NCBI GenBank assembly: GCA_963696385.1
Contig: CAVOKF010000005.1
Location: 448,001-512,000, forward strand
From: an uncultured delta proteobacterium
GTDB lineage: Bacteria; Myxococcota_A; Polyangia; Polyangiales; Polyangiaceae
DNA: 64,000 bases
Direction of reading: 5' to 3'
Shown here: piece after piece, positions 1-8,682 of the stretch
Position numbering within the stretch: the stretch's first letter is position 1
How the letters are laid out: every line of letters begins with the position of its first letter
Program-made: the position numbers and the translations under genes
The notes under the pieces: model-generated
Database searches by the model: none
Seen by the model: the letters and a program-made list of their open reading frames with translations, nothing else
What the model was told of the DNA's origin: nothing

Positions 1-1227
1 CGCGCTCGCGCGATGGTCGGTGACGCTGGCGTGGCACTCATCCGCGCAGCCAATCGCGAGACTGCGGAACACGAGTCGGATCGGGCGTTCGACTACTACG
101 AGCTCTTCGATCTGGTCGCCGCTGCGTTTTCCAACGTTCAAATGGTCGCAGAGCTCGCGTTCGAGGGCGTGGCGCTCGTCGCGCTCAGTGAAGACGACGA
201 GCCTCCTGCCGTGACCGTGGACACGCAGCTCGCCGACGGCGATCGAGTCGTTTCCGCGTTCGTGGCAGTCGCCGGCCAAGGGGACGCTCACGTGGAGGCC
301 TATTCGATCGTCGAATTGCCGCCCCGCGATCGGGACGAGGAGGCGGACGGCACAGATGCCCTGCGCACCGAACTCTCGAATGCGCGGCTGCGAATGGAAG
401 GCTTGGAAAGCGAGCTCATGCACCGTGCGGCGCGCTCCGCCGAGCTGGAAGCGGCGCTGGCTGCCGAGACGCATCACGTGTCGGACTTGTTGACCCAGGT
501 CGATGAGGCACGCGCCGCGGCCGCAGCCAACCGTGGGAGCGCGCAGGCCGAAATCGAGGCGATCACCCAACGCGTACACCAGACGGATCGTCGAAGCGAA
601 CGGCTGGAGCGCGATCTTGCTGCAGCCGGTGAGGCGTACGCCGCAGAACTGGCGCGTTTCGAGGAGGCGCTTCGGGAGCGGGCCCAGGCGATTCGCCTAC
701 TCGAGGCGGAGATTGTTCGGCGCGACCAGATCGTTCGCGATCTCGTGAGCGCGCTCGATGAGAGCGGGTCCCCCCCCCAACCCCCGACGGGGGATGATCC
801 GGTCGAGGGTCGTACCCTGCTCGCCGAAAACGCGCGTCTGCGCGAGCGCCTTGATGCGCTCGCTCTGGACTTGGCACGCCGAGAAGGCGAAGCTCGTGCG
901 AGCAGTTGGAGCGTGGCAGAGCTTGAGCGACGCTTGGCGGAGCTCACCAGCGGCAATGGGGGCGTGCGTCGCGAGTCGGAGGCGGCGTCGATCGCCCCGT
1001 CGGACCCCGGCCGCGCGGAGCCGAACGCCGCACTCGTCGCCGCTCTCGACGAGATCGACGTCCTGAAACGGGCGCTCTCGCAGGAGCATGACTCCCGGCT
1101 CCGGGCCGAATCCGGCGACGCTCTCGCGCGTGCTCGCTCGGACATCGAGCGTTTGACCGTGCTCCTGGAGCAATCGACGCGGGAACGCGAGGCTTGCGAA
1201 GAGGCTTCCCCCCGCAGTCCTACATGA
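1..1227 (+). CDS. Hypothetical coiled-coil protein (5' end probably outside the window)
   Basis: Frame open from base 1; long E/R/A/L heptad-rich helical C-terminal half; TGA at 1225-1227. Confidence 0.75.
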   Translation, partial: RARAMVGDAGVALIRAANRETAEHESDRAFDYYELFDLVAAAFSNVQMVAELAFEGVALVALSEDDEPPAVTVDTQLADGDRVVSAFVAVAGQGDAHVEAYSIVELPPRDRDEEADGTDALRTELSNARLRMEGLESELMHRAARSAELEAALAAETHHVSDLLTQVDEARAAAAANRGSAQAEIEAITQRVHQTDRRSERLERDLAAAGEAYAAELARFEEALRERAQAIRLLEAEIVRRDQIVRDLVSALDESGSPPQPPTGDDPVEGRTLLAENARLRERLDALALDLARREGEARASSWSVAELERRLAELTSGNGGVRRESEAASIAPSDPGRAEPNAALVAALDEIDVLKRALSQEHDSRLRAESGDALARARSDIERLTVLLEQSTREREACEEASPRSPT

Positions 1228-1333
1228 GGCCGTCGATCCGGCCACCAACCGACGACCGCATCCACAGCATGTTTTCGACCGCGGTTCAAGTCCCCACTCG
1301 CGCTGGGCCACCGCCCTCCAACCGCGATTCGCG

Positions 1334-1361
1334 TTGACACAGCCGGACAGCAGCTTAACTT
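1334..1361 (+). promoter_or_regulatory. Sigma70-family promoter upstream of dnaJ
   Basis: TTGACA (1334-1339), 16-nt spacer, TAACTT (1356-1361). Confidence 0.5.
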
Positions 1362-1446
1362 GCGGCTCGCGAGCGTACCGCTTGCGAGCTTGCGTGTGAG
1401 CGCACACCCCGTTGCAGGGTTTGCACCGAAGACAACCCGGGCGCCG

Positions 1447-2574
1447 ATGTCCTCCAAGCGCGATTATTACGAAATCCTGTCGGTCTCGCGTGAAGCGCCT
1501 ACGGATGAACTACGCAAGGCGTATCGGCGCGAGGCGCTGAAGCACCACCCCGACCGTAACCCGAGCGATTCCTCGGCCGAGTCGAAGTTCAAAGAGGTGA
1601 ACGAGGCCTACCAGGTACTGTCCGACGAGACGAAGCGGCGCGTCTACGACCAGTTTGGTCACGCGGGGCTCGACGGATCGATGGCCGGCGCTTCCGGATT
1701 CGAGGGCGGCGTCAGCGACGTTTTCGCCCATATGCAGGATCTCTTCGCCGAGATGTTCTCGAGTGGTGGAGGGGGACGCGTCCGTCGAGGCGGCGATTTG
1801 CGCGTGCAGACGCGCTTGCCGCTGAGGGATGCCGCGTTCGGATGCAAGCGCGAGGTAAGTGTGCGTGCGCCGGCACCCTGCAGCGACTGCGGGGGTAACG
1901 GTGCCAAGGCCGGCACCAAGCTCGAGACCTGCTCACAGTGCCGCGGCAGCGGGCAGGTGTCGAACGCGCGTGGGTTTGTGATGTTTACCTCGACCTGCCC
2001 GCGTTGTCGCGGCGCGGGCCGGACGATGAAGGAAGCGTGTCCGGCGTGCGCGGGACACGGGGCCGTCGAACGCACCCGGAAGGTAACTGTAACGTTTCCT
2101 GCGGGCATCGATTCCGGTCAGCGCTTGCGCGTGAGCGGTCAGGGAATGCCCGGGCCGGCAGGGGCCGCGGCCGGGGATTTGTACGTGGAGATTGACGTCG
2201 AAGAGGATCCTCGCTTCGAGCGCGACGGCGCCGACCTCATCACGCGCGTGAGTATCCCGTTCACCGATGCGGCTCTTGGGGCGGAAACTCGCGTTCCTGC
2301 CTTGGATCCGGACGAGGACTCCGCAACCGTGGCGCTCTCGATTCCCGCAGGAACCCAACCGGGTGCGCTGTTCACCCTCAAGGGCCAAGGTGTGCCGCGG
2401 CTCGACGGACGAGGCCGAGGGTCGCTCGTCGTCGTGGTCCAAGTGGAAGTACCCGCCTCCCTGACGTCGCGCGGACGGGAGCTTCTGGAAGAGCTCGTGA
2501 TCGAGTTGCGCAATCAGGCGTCGGGCGGGCGCGAAGGAAAGCCGGAAGGAAAGCGAGCCGCGGTCGGCAAGTAG
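1447..2574 (+). CDS. dnaJ: Molecular chaperone DnaJ
   Basis: KRDYYEIL start, HPD motif, G/F region, four CxxCxGxG repeats (CSDCGGNG, CSQCRGSG, CPRCRGAG, CPACAGHG); ATG at 1447. Confidence 0.96.
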   Translation: MSSKRDYYEILSVSREAPTDELRKAYRREALKHHPDRNPSDSSAESKFKEVNEAYQVLSDETKRRVYDQFGHAGLDGSMAGASGFEGGVSDVFAHMQDLFAEMFSSGGGGRVRRGGDLRVQTRLPLRDAAFGCKREVSVRAPAPCSDCGGNGAKAGTKLETCSQCRGSGQVSNARGFVMFTSTCPRCRGAGRTMKEACPACAGHGAVERTRKVTVTFPAGIDSGQRLRVSGQGMPGPAGAAAGDLYVEIDVEEDPRFERDGADLITRVSIPFTDAALGAETRVPALDPDEDSATVALSIPAGTQPGALFTLKGQGVPRLDGRGRGSLVVVVQVEVPASLTSRGRELLEELVIELRNQASGGREGKPEGKRAAVGK

Positions 2575-2577
2575 GCC

Positions 2578-3879
2578 ATGATCGTCGATGTGGAGTCGCT
2601 CAAGGCCGCGCTTGCGCACGTGTCGACTCTGCGGCCGAGTGGTCGCGTCTTGTCGGTGGCGGGTCTGAGCTTACGACTTGCACTGCCGGGGGTTCGCGTC
2701 GGAGACGTGATCCGCGTGCGCCGGCGCGGCGATCCGCTTGTCTGCGAGGTCGTCGGGTTCGATGCGAACGGCGCGATTGCGATGCCGTTCGGCGCACTCG
2801 TCGGGGTGGGGGCCGATGACGAGGTAGAGTCGACCGGCGGCCCGCTCACCGTTCGAGCGAGCGAGGGTGTCCTCGGACGAATGCTCGATGGGCTGGGTCG
2901 TCCGATCGATGGGGGTCCAGTCATCGCGGGACAGGTCGTGCCCGTCGACCGAAGTCCGCCGAGTGCCCTCGATCGCCGCGCCGTCGCACGCCCTATCGCG
3001 ACGGGCGTGCGCGTCGTGGATGGATTGATCACGCTGGGCGAGGGGCAACGGGTCGGCCTCTTTGCCGGATCGGGAGTGGGCAAGAGCATGTTGCTCGGCG
3101 CGATCGCCCGCGGCTGCGATGCAGACGTCGTGGTCGTCGCGCTCGTGGGCGAGCGCGGGCGCGAGGTGGCCGAGTTCGTCGATCGCTTTCTGAGCGCCGA
3201 GGCGCGCAAGAAGGCCGTGGTCGTCGTCGCGACGAGCGACGTCGCGGCCCTCGAGCGGCTCCGCGCGGCCCAGGTGGCCACTTGCTACGCCGAGTATTTC
3301 CGGGATCGCGGCTCGCGCGTACTTTTACTCGTCGACTCGGTGACGCGGGTCGCTCGTGCACAGCGCGAGGTCGGCCTCGCCGCGGGCGAGCCTCCGGCGC
3401 GCCGCGGATATCCGCCAAGCGTGTTTGCCGCGCTTCCGCGGCTGCTTGAGCGGTCCGGGCAGGGATCGCGCGGCAGCATCACGGCCATCTACACGGTGCT
3501 CGTCGAAGGCGGCGATATGGACGAGCCGATCGCGGATGAGGTCCGCGCCATTCTCGACGGTCATGTCGTGCTCGATCGGGCGATCGCGGCCCGAGGCCGA
3601 TACCCGGCTGTCGACGTTCTGGCGTCGTTGTCGCGTGTCATGGACTCGGTCGCGTCGGAGTCGCATCGCAAAGCTGCTCGGCGCCTACGGGCTCTATTGG
3701 CTGCTTACGAAGCCAAACGCGATTGGGTCACCTTGGGCGCCTACGTGAAAGGAAGCGACAAGGAGCTCGACGAGGCTATGGGGCGCATGGACGCGATCGA
3801 GAAGTTTTTGCGGCAAGAGCCCTTCGACCGCAGTGCCTTTGAGACGACTGTGGCCGAGCTGGCGGCAGCGGTGCGTTGA
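2578..3879 (+). CDS. FliI/YscN(SctN) family type III export ATPase
   Basis: GQRVGLFAGSGVGKS Walker A, GERGREV, LLLVDSVTR Walker B, GEPPARRGYPPS, DGHVVLDR, YPAVDVLASLSRVM. Confidence 0.92.
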   Translation: MIVDVESLKAALAHVSTLRPSGRVLSVAGLSLRLALPGVRVGDVIRVRRRGDPLVCEVVGFDANGAIAMPFGALVGVGADDEVESTGGPLTVRASEGVLGRMLDGLGRPIDGGPVIAGQVVPVDRSPPSALDRRAVARPIATGVRVVDGLITLGEGQRVGLFAGSGVGKSMLLGAIARGCDADVVVVALVGERGREVAEFVDRFLSAEARKKAVVVVATSDVAALERLRAAQVATCYAEYFRDRGSRVLLLVDSVTRVARAQREVGLAAGEPPARRGYPPSVFAALPRLLERSGQGSRGSITAIYTVLVEGGDMDEPIADEVRAILDGHVVLDRAIAARGRYPAVDVLASLSRVMDSVASESHRKAARRLRALLAAYEAKRDWVTLGAYVKGSDKELDEAMGRMDAIEKFLRQEPFDRSAFETTVAELAAAVR

Positions 3880-3950
3880 CGTACGCCAATAAGCGGCGTC
3901 GTCTACGGCACTGACCCAAACGGGCCATCGTGCTACTTCAGGCCGCCGCG

Positions 3951-5942
3951 ATGACCCTTCTTCAGGTCGCCGATCTGCGCTTTGGGTACGCTGCGGAGAC
4001 CCTCTTCGAGAACGTCACCCTTTCGCTCGCCATGGGCGATCGTGTGGCCCTGGTTGCCCCCAACGGCTCGGGCAAAACCACGCTTCTGCGCATCCTGGCC
4101 GGCGAGATCGAGCCGGATGCGGGGTCGGTCGTAGTGCGCCGCGATACGACGATTGGCTATTACCGGCAGTCCCACGAGATCGCGGCACAAGGCGACGTTC
4201 TTGGGGCGTTTCTCTCCGGGTTCGGGGCAGCCATGCAACTGCGCGAGGAACTTCGCCAAGCTCAACAGGATGCCGCGAGCGGCACGCAAACGGCGCTCGA
4301 TCATTTGGCGCGAGTGACCGACCGGTACCATCTGGCTCGCGGCGATGAGCTCGAACACAGGGTTGCGGCGCTCGCGAGTCATCTCGGTTTTTCGGAAATC
4401 GATCTCACTAGGCCGGTCGCCTCGTTGTCAGGTGGTGAGCAGGGGCGACTTCGACTCGGTGTCGTCCTCGCGCAACGACCCGAACTCCTGCTCTTGGACG
4501 AACCTACGAATCACTTGGACCTGGATACGATCGGGTGGCTCGAACAATGGCTGTCGGAGTACCGAGGCGCCGTGCTGATCGTGAGTCACGATCGTGCGTT
4601 TCTGGACAATACCTGCAAATCGTCGCTTGAGCTTGGACGTCGCGCTGTCCGCCTCTATCCCGCGCGCTACTCCGAGTACGTGTTGCTTCGCGAGGACGAA
4701 CTAGCGCGAGAGCGCGCCATAGCGGAGCGCCGGCACGACTTAATCGCCAAAACCGAAGACTTCATCCGAAAAAACATCGCTGGACAGAAGACGAAGCAGG
4801 CCCAGAGTCGCCGCAAGATGCTCGAAAAGATCGATCGCATCGAGCGGCCGGAAGACGTTTGGGCAAGCGCCGAACGCATCACGTTCCGATTCGCCCCCGC
4901 GGCGCGGACGGGAGACATCGTGCTCGACGCCTGCGGTCTTACCGCCTTCCGCGGCGGTCGCGCGTTATTTTCACACTTCGACATTCTCGTCCGGCGCGGC
5001 GAGCGGATCGGCATCGTAGGTCCCAACGGCGCTGGCAAGAGCACGTTGCTCAAGCTGCTCGCCGGCCGTGGTGCTTCGGACGATTCGGGCGTTCTCAAGC
5101 GAGGGACCAACTTGCAGGAGGGCTATTTCGATCAGCATTTGGGCGAGGTCGATCCGGATCTGACCGCCGTCGACAATGTGCGTCGCATTCGCGGCGACTT
5201 CACTGTCGAGGCGGCACGGCAATATCTCGCTCGCTTTCGTTTCTGGGGTGATGATCCACTCCGTGTGGTCCGTGGCTTTTCGGGCGGGGAGCGGTCACGC
5301 CTGGCACTCGCGAAACTGCTGCTCGATCCGAAGAACCTGCTCTTCCTCGACGAACCGACCAATCACCTGGACATTCCGGCCGCCGAGATTCTCGAAGAAG
5401 CGCTGGTCGGGTTCGAGGGCACCGTGTTGCTGGTCTCGCACGATCGCCGCTTTCTCGAGAATGTGACGACGCGTATCGTGAGCCTCCGAAGCGGTCGAGT
5501 CGATGTCTACCCCGGCGGTTTTCGCGACTACGAGCAAGCGCTCGTGAGCCGTGGCCAGCGAGACGCGGAATCCACCGAATCGGTGGCGCCTGATCGCAGC
5601 TCCCGTTTTGGCCGAGCTCCCGACCCACCGGCGAAGGCAGCGTCCGCAGTCGTCGCTCCGACCCTCGCGTCCGCCGAGGAGACCGACGTCGCAAGACAGA
5701 GGTACGAGTCGCAAAGACAGGCGGGGCGTGCGCTCGAGAAAAAGAAACGCCGCGTCCAGCAACTCGAAATCGCCATTGCAGCAGGCGAGCGCGAGCTCGA
5801 CGTGCTGCGCGGCACCCTGAAAGAGGCGCCTGGAGACGGCTGGGAGAAGCTGAGCAAAATGGCGCAGGAAGAACGGGCTTTGACCAAGAGAGTCGACGCA
5901 ATGCTCATCGAATGGGCAAAATTGTCCGAGGAGGTTCAGTGA
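3951..5942 (+). CDS. ABC-F family ATP-binding protein (Uup/YheS-like)
   Basis: Two ABC domains (APNGSGKT, GPNGAGKS; LSGGE/FSGGE; DEPTNHLD twice), no TM segments, coiled-coil tail. Confidence 0.93.
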   Translation: MTLLQVADLRFGYAAETLFENVTLSLAMGDRVALVAPNGSGKTTLLRILAGEIEPDAGSVVVRRDTTIGYYRQSHEIAAQGDVLGAFLSGFGAAMQLREELRQAQQDAASGTQTALDHLARVTDRYHLARGDELEHRVAALASHLGFSEIDLTRPVASLSGGEQGRLRLGVVLAQRPELLLLDEPTNHLDLDTIGWLEQWLSEYRGAVLIVSHDRAFLDNTCKSSLELGRRAVRLYPARYSEYVLLREDELARERAIAERRHDLIAKTEDFIRKNIAGQKTKQAQSRRKMLEKIDRIERPEDVWASAERITFRFAPAARTGDIVLDACGLTAFRGGRALFSHFDILVRRGERIGIVGPNGAGKSTLLKLLAGRGASDDSGVLKRGTNLQEGYFDQHLGEVDPDLTAVDNVRRIRGDFTVEAARQYLARFRFWGDDPLRVVRGFSGGERSRLALAKLLLDPKNLLFLDEPTNHLDIPAAEILEEALVGFEGTVLLVSHDRRFLENVTTRIVSLRSGRVDVYPGGFRDYEQALVSRGQRDAESTESVAPDRSSRFGRAPDPPAKAASAVVAPTLASAEETDVARQRYESQRQAGRALEKKKRRVQQLEIAIAAGERELDVLRGTLKEAPGDGWEKLSKMAQEERALTKRVDAMLIEWAKLSEEVQ

Positions 5943-6661
5943 AGGGGCGCCGCATCTTGGCCACGCTTTTGAGTGCGCTTCTCGCAATGGACGCCGGTGC
6001 CGCGTGCAAGCGCCGTGCTTCGTCGGCGATGCAAGATGCGGCGGCGTCGCTGCCCGTCGTGCGACCCGAGACCGAAGGACTGCTCCTCACGTGGATCGAC
6101 GACAAGGGAGACTTTCACGTCGAGACCCGCGTTGCGGACGTGCCCGTCATGGGACGGGATACGGTGCGGGTCGAGAGCGAAGGCGGTGACCATGCCCTTG
6201 CTGTGGATCAGGTATTCGTGGTTGACCTCCGCGAGACGGGCATCGACGGCGCATATCCGGTCCGCACGATGACGCGCACGCAATTTGAGGTGCTCGCAGT
6301 CGCGCGCCGGGAGAAGGTGGGGCCCACACTAGCGAGCGCCGCGCCTTCGCCGCCGACCGTGCGTGCTTCTCCATCGAATTCCGAAGTGCCGAGCAAGCCG
6401 GCTACTCGCACCGTTGTCGTGATCTACGGCGCCGAGTGGTGTGGCGCATGCCACGAAGCGGCCCGTTACCTGCGACATAAGGGGATCGCATACGTCGAGA
6501 AAGACATCGAGAAAGACCCGGGCGCGTCGCAGGAGATGCAGGAAAAGCTTGCCAAGAGCGGGCTGCGTGGGGGGTCCATCCCAGTGATCGACGTACGTGG
6601 CAAGATCATGGTCGGGTTCAACCCGCCCGAGATCGACGCGGCGCTGGGTGAAGCCTTGTAG
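5939..6661 (+). CDS. Exported glutaredoxin/NrdH-like domain protein
   Basis: GTG overlaps the upstream TGA; signal-like N-terminus; C-terminal IYGAEWCGACH...GSIPVIDVRG thioredoxin-fold motif. Confidence 0.85.
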   Translation: MKGRRILATLLSALLAMDAGAACKRRASSAMQDAAASLPVVRPETEGLLLTWIDDKGDFHVETRVADVPVMGRDTVRVESEGGDHALAVDQVFVVDLRETGIDGAYPVRTMTRTQFEVLAVARREKVGPTLASAAPSPPTVRASPSNSEVPSKPATRTVVVIYGAEWCGACHEAARYLRHKGIAYVEKDIEKDPGASQEMQEKLAKSGLRGGSIPVIDVRGKIMVGFNPPEIDAALGEAL

Positions 6662-6673
6662 TGGGTTTCGTCT

Positions 6674-6825
6674 TAACGAGGCACCCGGATCACCCTGAGC
6701 GCTTCGCTCCGCCTCGACTCGCTTCGCTCGCTCGGCTCCGCTCTCGCGGACCCGGCTCGCACGACACGTCGAGGGGAGCGAATGCCGCTCCCCTCGACGC
6801 ACCCCAGCAGGCGCGCAGGGTACCG
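6674..6825 (+). repeat. Structured intergenic repeat, copy A (REP/MITE-like)
   Basis: 6674-6706 is the exact reverse complement of 7752-7784, and similarity continues to about 6825/7663. Contains a perfect 14-bp hairpin (6767-6780/6786-6799). 6751-6788 recurs at 6847-6884 (37/38). Confidence 0.9.
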
Positions 6826-6976
6826 AATCCTGAGCGTTTTTTCCGCCCCGGCTCGCACGACACGTCGAGGGGAGCCAATGCCGCGGCATTCCAGCGCCCA
6901 GCCGCAGAGCGGGGGTGGATGGCAAGGCCGGCACTTGACGCAAGTTTCAGGGTGGGGGACACGTGAAGGCGGGCTC

Positions 6977-7261
6977 ATGACTTTGGTCGTTGCACTGTTG
7001 TTGCTCCTCGTCGCCAGCATTTGCGGCAGCATCGGCTCTCGCATCGCCGGCTATTCGCACATGGGCTGCCTGAGCTCGGTCGCGCTCGGCTTCGTGGGGG
7101 CTTGGCTCGGCGGATGGTTTGCGGCGCAAGTGCACCTTCCGGCGTTGTATGTTCTGCACGTTCGCGGGGAGTCCTTTCCGGTGGTGTGGTCCATCGTCGG
7201 CGCCGCGATGTTCGCGGCCGTCGTGAGCGCGTTGACGGGGCGTAGTCGCTACGGCTTCTGA
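6977..7261 (+). CDS. GlsB/YeaQ/YmgE family small membrane protein
   Basis: 94 aa, three hydrophobic segments, GCLSSVALGFVGAWLGGW and WSIVGAAMF motifs. Confidence 0.85.
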   Translation: MTLVVALLLLLVASICGSIGSRIAGYSHMGCLSSVALGFVGAWLGGWFAAQVHLPALYVLHVRGESFPVVWSIVGAAMFAAVVSALTGRSRYGF

Positions 7262-7414
7262 GGGATCCTCCGCGCAGGGCTCAGTTGAGCCACTGATTCG
7301 AGGATTGGGAGGGACTTCGCGGCCGTCGTGAGCGCGTTGACGGGGAGCAGTCGCTACGTCTTCTGAGGGATCCTCCGCGCAGGGCTCAGTTGAGCCATAG
7401 TCGAGGATCGGGAG
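7211..7414 (+). repeat. 105-bp-period tandem duplication spanning the stop codon of the GlsB-family gene
   Basis: 7211-7292 vs 7316-7397 match at 79/82; similarity continues to 7311/7414. Confidence 0.95.
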
Positions 7415-7601
7415 CGATTTCACCTCGGGTCGCCCTCTCAGGCACCGGCGGCGAACCTGTGCCCGTGCGACCGACCGGGGGCCGCGACGAGTCGCGCGGG
7501 CTCGGGGGCTTTGGGCCCAGCCGCTCGCGAAGCGATGTGAGAAGTGACCAGCCGAGGAAGAGAGCGAGCAAGACGGGACTCGCCGGCATCGATCCGCGCA
7601 T
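7386..7601 (-). CDS. Possible small single-TM protein (71 aa)
   Basis: AGGAGAGG 5 nt before the ATG; hydrophobic PVLLALFLGWSLL; the tail is low-complexity. Confidence 0.4.
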   Translation of the reverse strand: MRGSMPASPVLLALFLGWSLLTSLRERLGPKPPSPRDSSRPPVGRTGTGSPPVPERATRGEIAPDPRLWLN

Positions 7602-7662
7602 GACGACCTCTCCTGAATGGATGCAGGGGCGGCCGGCGCGGTTGCGCGGCGCGAGAGTGACC

Positions 7663-7819
7663 CGGTCCCGTGCGCTCCTGCTGGGGTGCTCGAGGGGAGC
7701 GGCATCGCTGCCCTCGACGTGTTGCGGGGGCCGGGTCCCCGAGAGCCGAGCCGAAGCGCTCAGGGTGATCCGGGTGCCTCGTTACTCGAAGCGCTCAGGG
7801 CGATCCGGGTGCCTTGTTG
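7663..7819 (-). repeat. Structured intergenic repeat, copy B (inverted relative to copy A), plus a 35-bp-period duplicate of its end
   Basis: Reverse complement aligns with 6674-6825; 7752-7784 recurs at 7787-7819 with 3 mismatches. Confidence 0.9.
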
Positions 7820-8682
7820 CTCGATGCTTTGCTAAGCCCGTTTTTCCGATCGAGAACGCGTGCGTACACGTCGCGCTTGTTGCGTCCGCTCCACGCGGCG
7901 AGGCGTTCGGCCACGGTGCGGACGTGGTCTCCACGCGCCAGCGCTTCGTCGATGCGACGATCGAGAGCGGAGTCGTCGACCTCGGTACGCCGGTCGTCCG
8001 GCGCGTGAGCGGCGAGAACGAGGGCGATTTCTCCCAGCCATTCGCGCGGGTCGGACGCGAGATTGGCGCATGTGCCGGAGACGAATTGCTCGTGCAATTT
8101 GGTGATCTCGCGCGCAACGCATGCGCGACGCAGCGGCGTTGCGTCGGCCAAGTCCTGCAAAGTCGTTTGGACCCGTGCCGGCGCCTCGAACAGGACGACG
8201 GTCTCCGGCGTGTCCGCGACCACCGCCAATGCGTCGCGCCTCGCGCTACCGCTCCTCGGCAGAAAGCCCAAGAATCGGAAGCGACCTTCCCCCGCGAGGC
8301 CGCTGGCGACGAGCGCCGCCAATACCGCGCTGGCCCCCGGAATCGGGACGACGCGCACCCCTGCGGCGATCGCGGCGCCGACGAGCCCATGGCCGGGATC
8401 GCTCACGCACGGGGTTCCCGCGTCCGTCAAAAGCGCGACGTCTTCGCCTTGCGCGAGATGCCCTACGACGCGTGCCAGGTCGCGCTCGTTCGCATGGGCA
8501 TCCAGCCGCTCGACCGTCTTGCCTGGGATGCCGAAATGCGACAGGAGTTGCCGCGATCGACGCGTGTCCTCCGCGACGATGCGGCCGCACAATCGCATGA
8601 TTTCGAGCGCGCGCAGCGTCATGTCGCCGAGATTGCCAATCGGCGTCGCCACGACGTACAAGACCCCTGATACCGTCGTCAC
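7795..8682 (-). CDS. rsmI: 16S rRNA (cytidine1402-2'-O)-methyltransferase
   Basis: LYVVATPIGNLGDMT, AEDTR, DAGTPCVSDPG, IPGASA, FLGFLPR, AREITKLHE. Confidence 0.96.
   Translation of the reverse strand: MTTVSGVLYVVATPIGNLGDMTLRALEIMRLCGRIVAEDTRRSRQLLSHFGIPGKTVERLDAHANERDLARVVGHLAQGEDVALLTDAGTPCVSDPGHGLVGAAIAAGVRVVPIPGASAVLAALVASGLAGEGRFRFLGFLPRSGSARRDALAVVADTPETVVLFEAPARVQTTLQDLADATPLRRACVAREITKLHEQFVSGTCANLASDPREWLGEIALVLAAHAPDDRRTEVDDSALDRRIDEALARGDHVRTVAERLAAWSGRNKRDVYARVLDRKNGLSKASSNKAPGSP

Noticed and set aside
1280..1296. GGTTCAAGTCCCC resembling a tRNA T-loop
   Set aside because: The T-stem does not pair and no cloverleaf can be drawn.
7211..7414. DGR template/variable repeat pair (also considered for 50196-50397)
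   Set aside because: Mismatches are not adenine-specific, indels are present, and there is no reverse transcriptase in the window.
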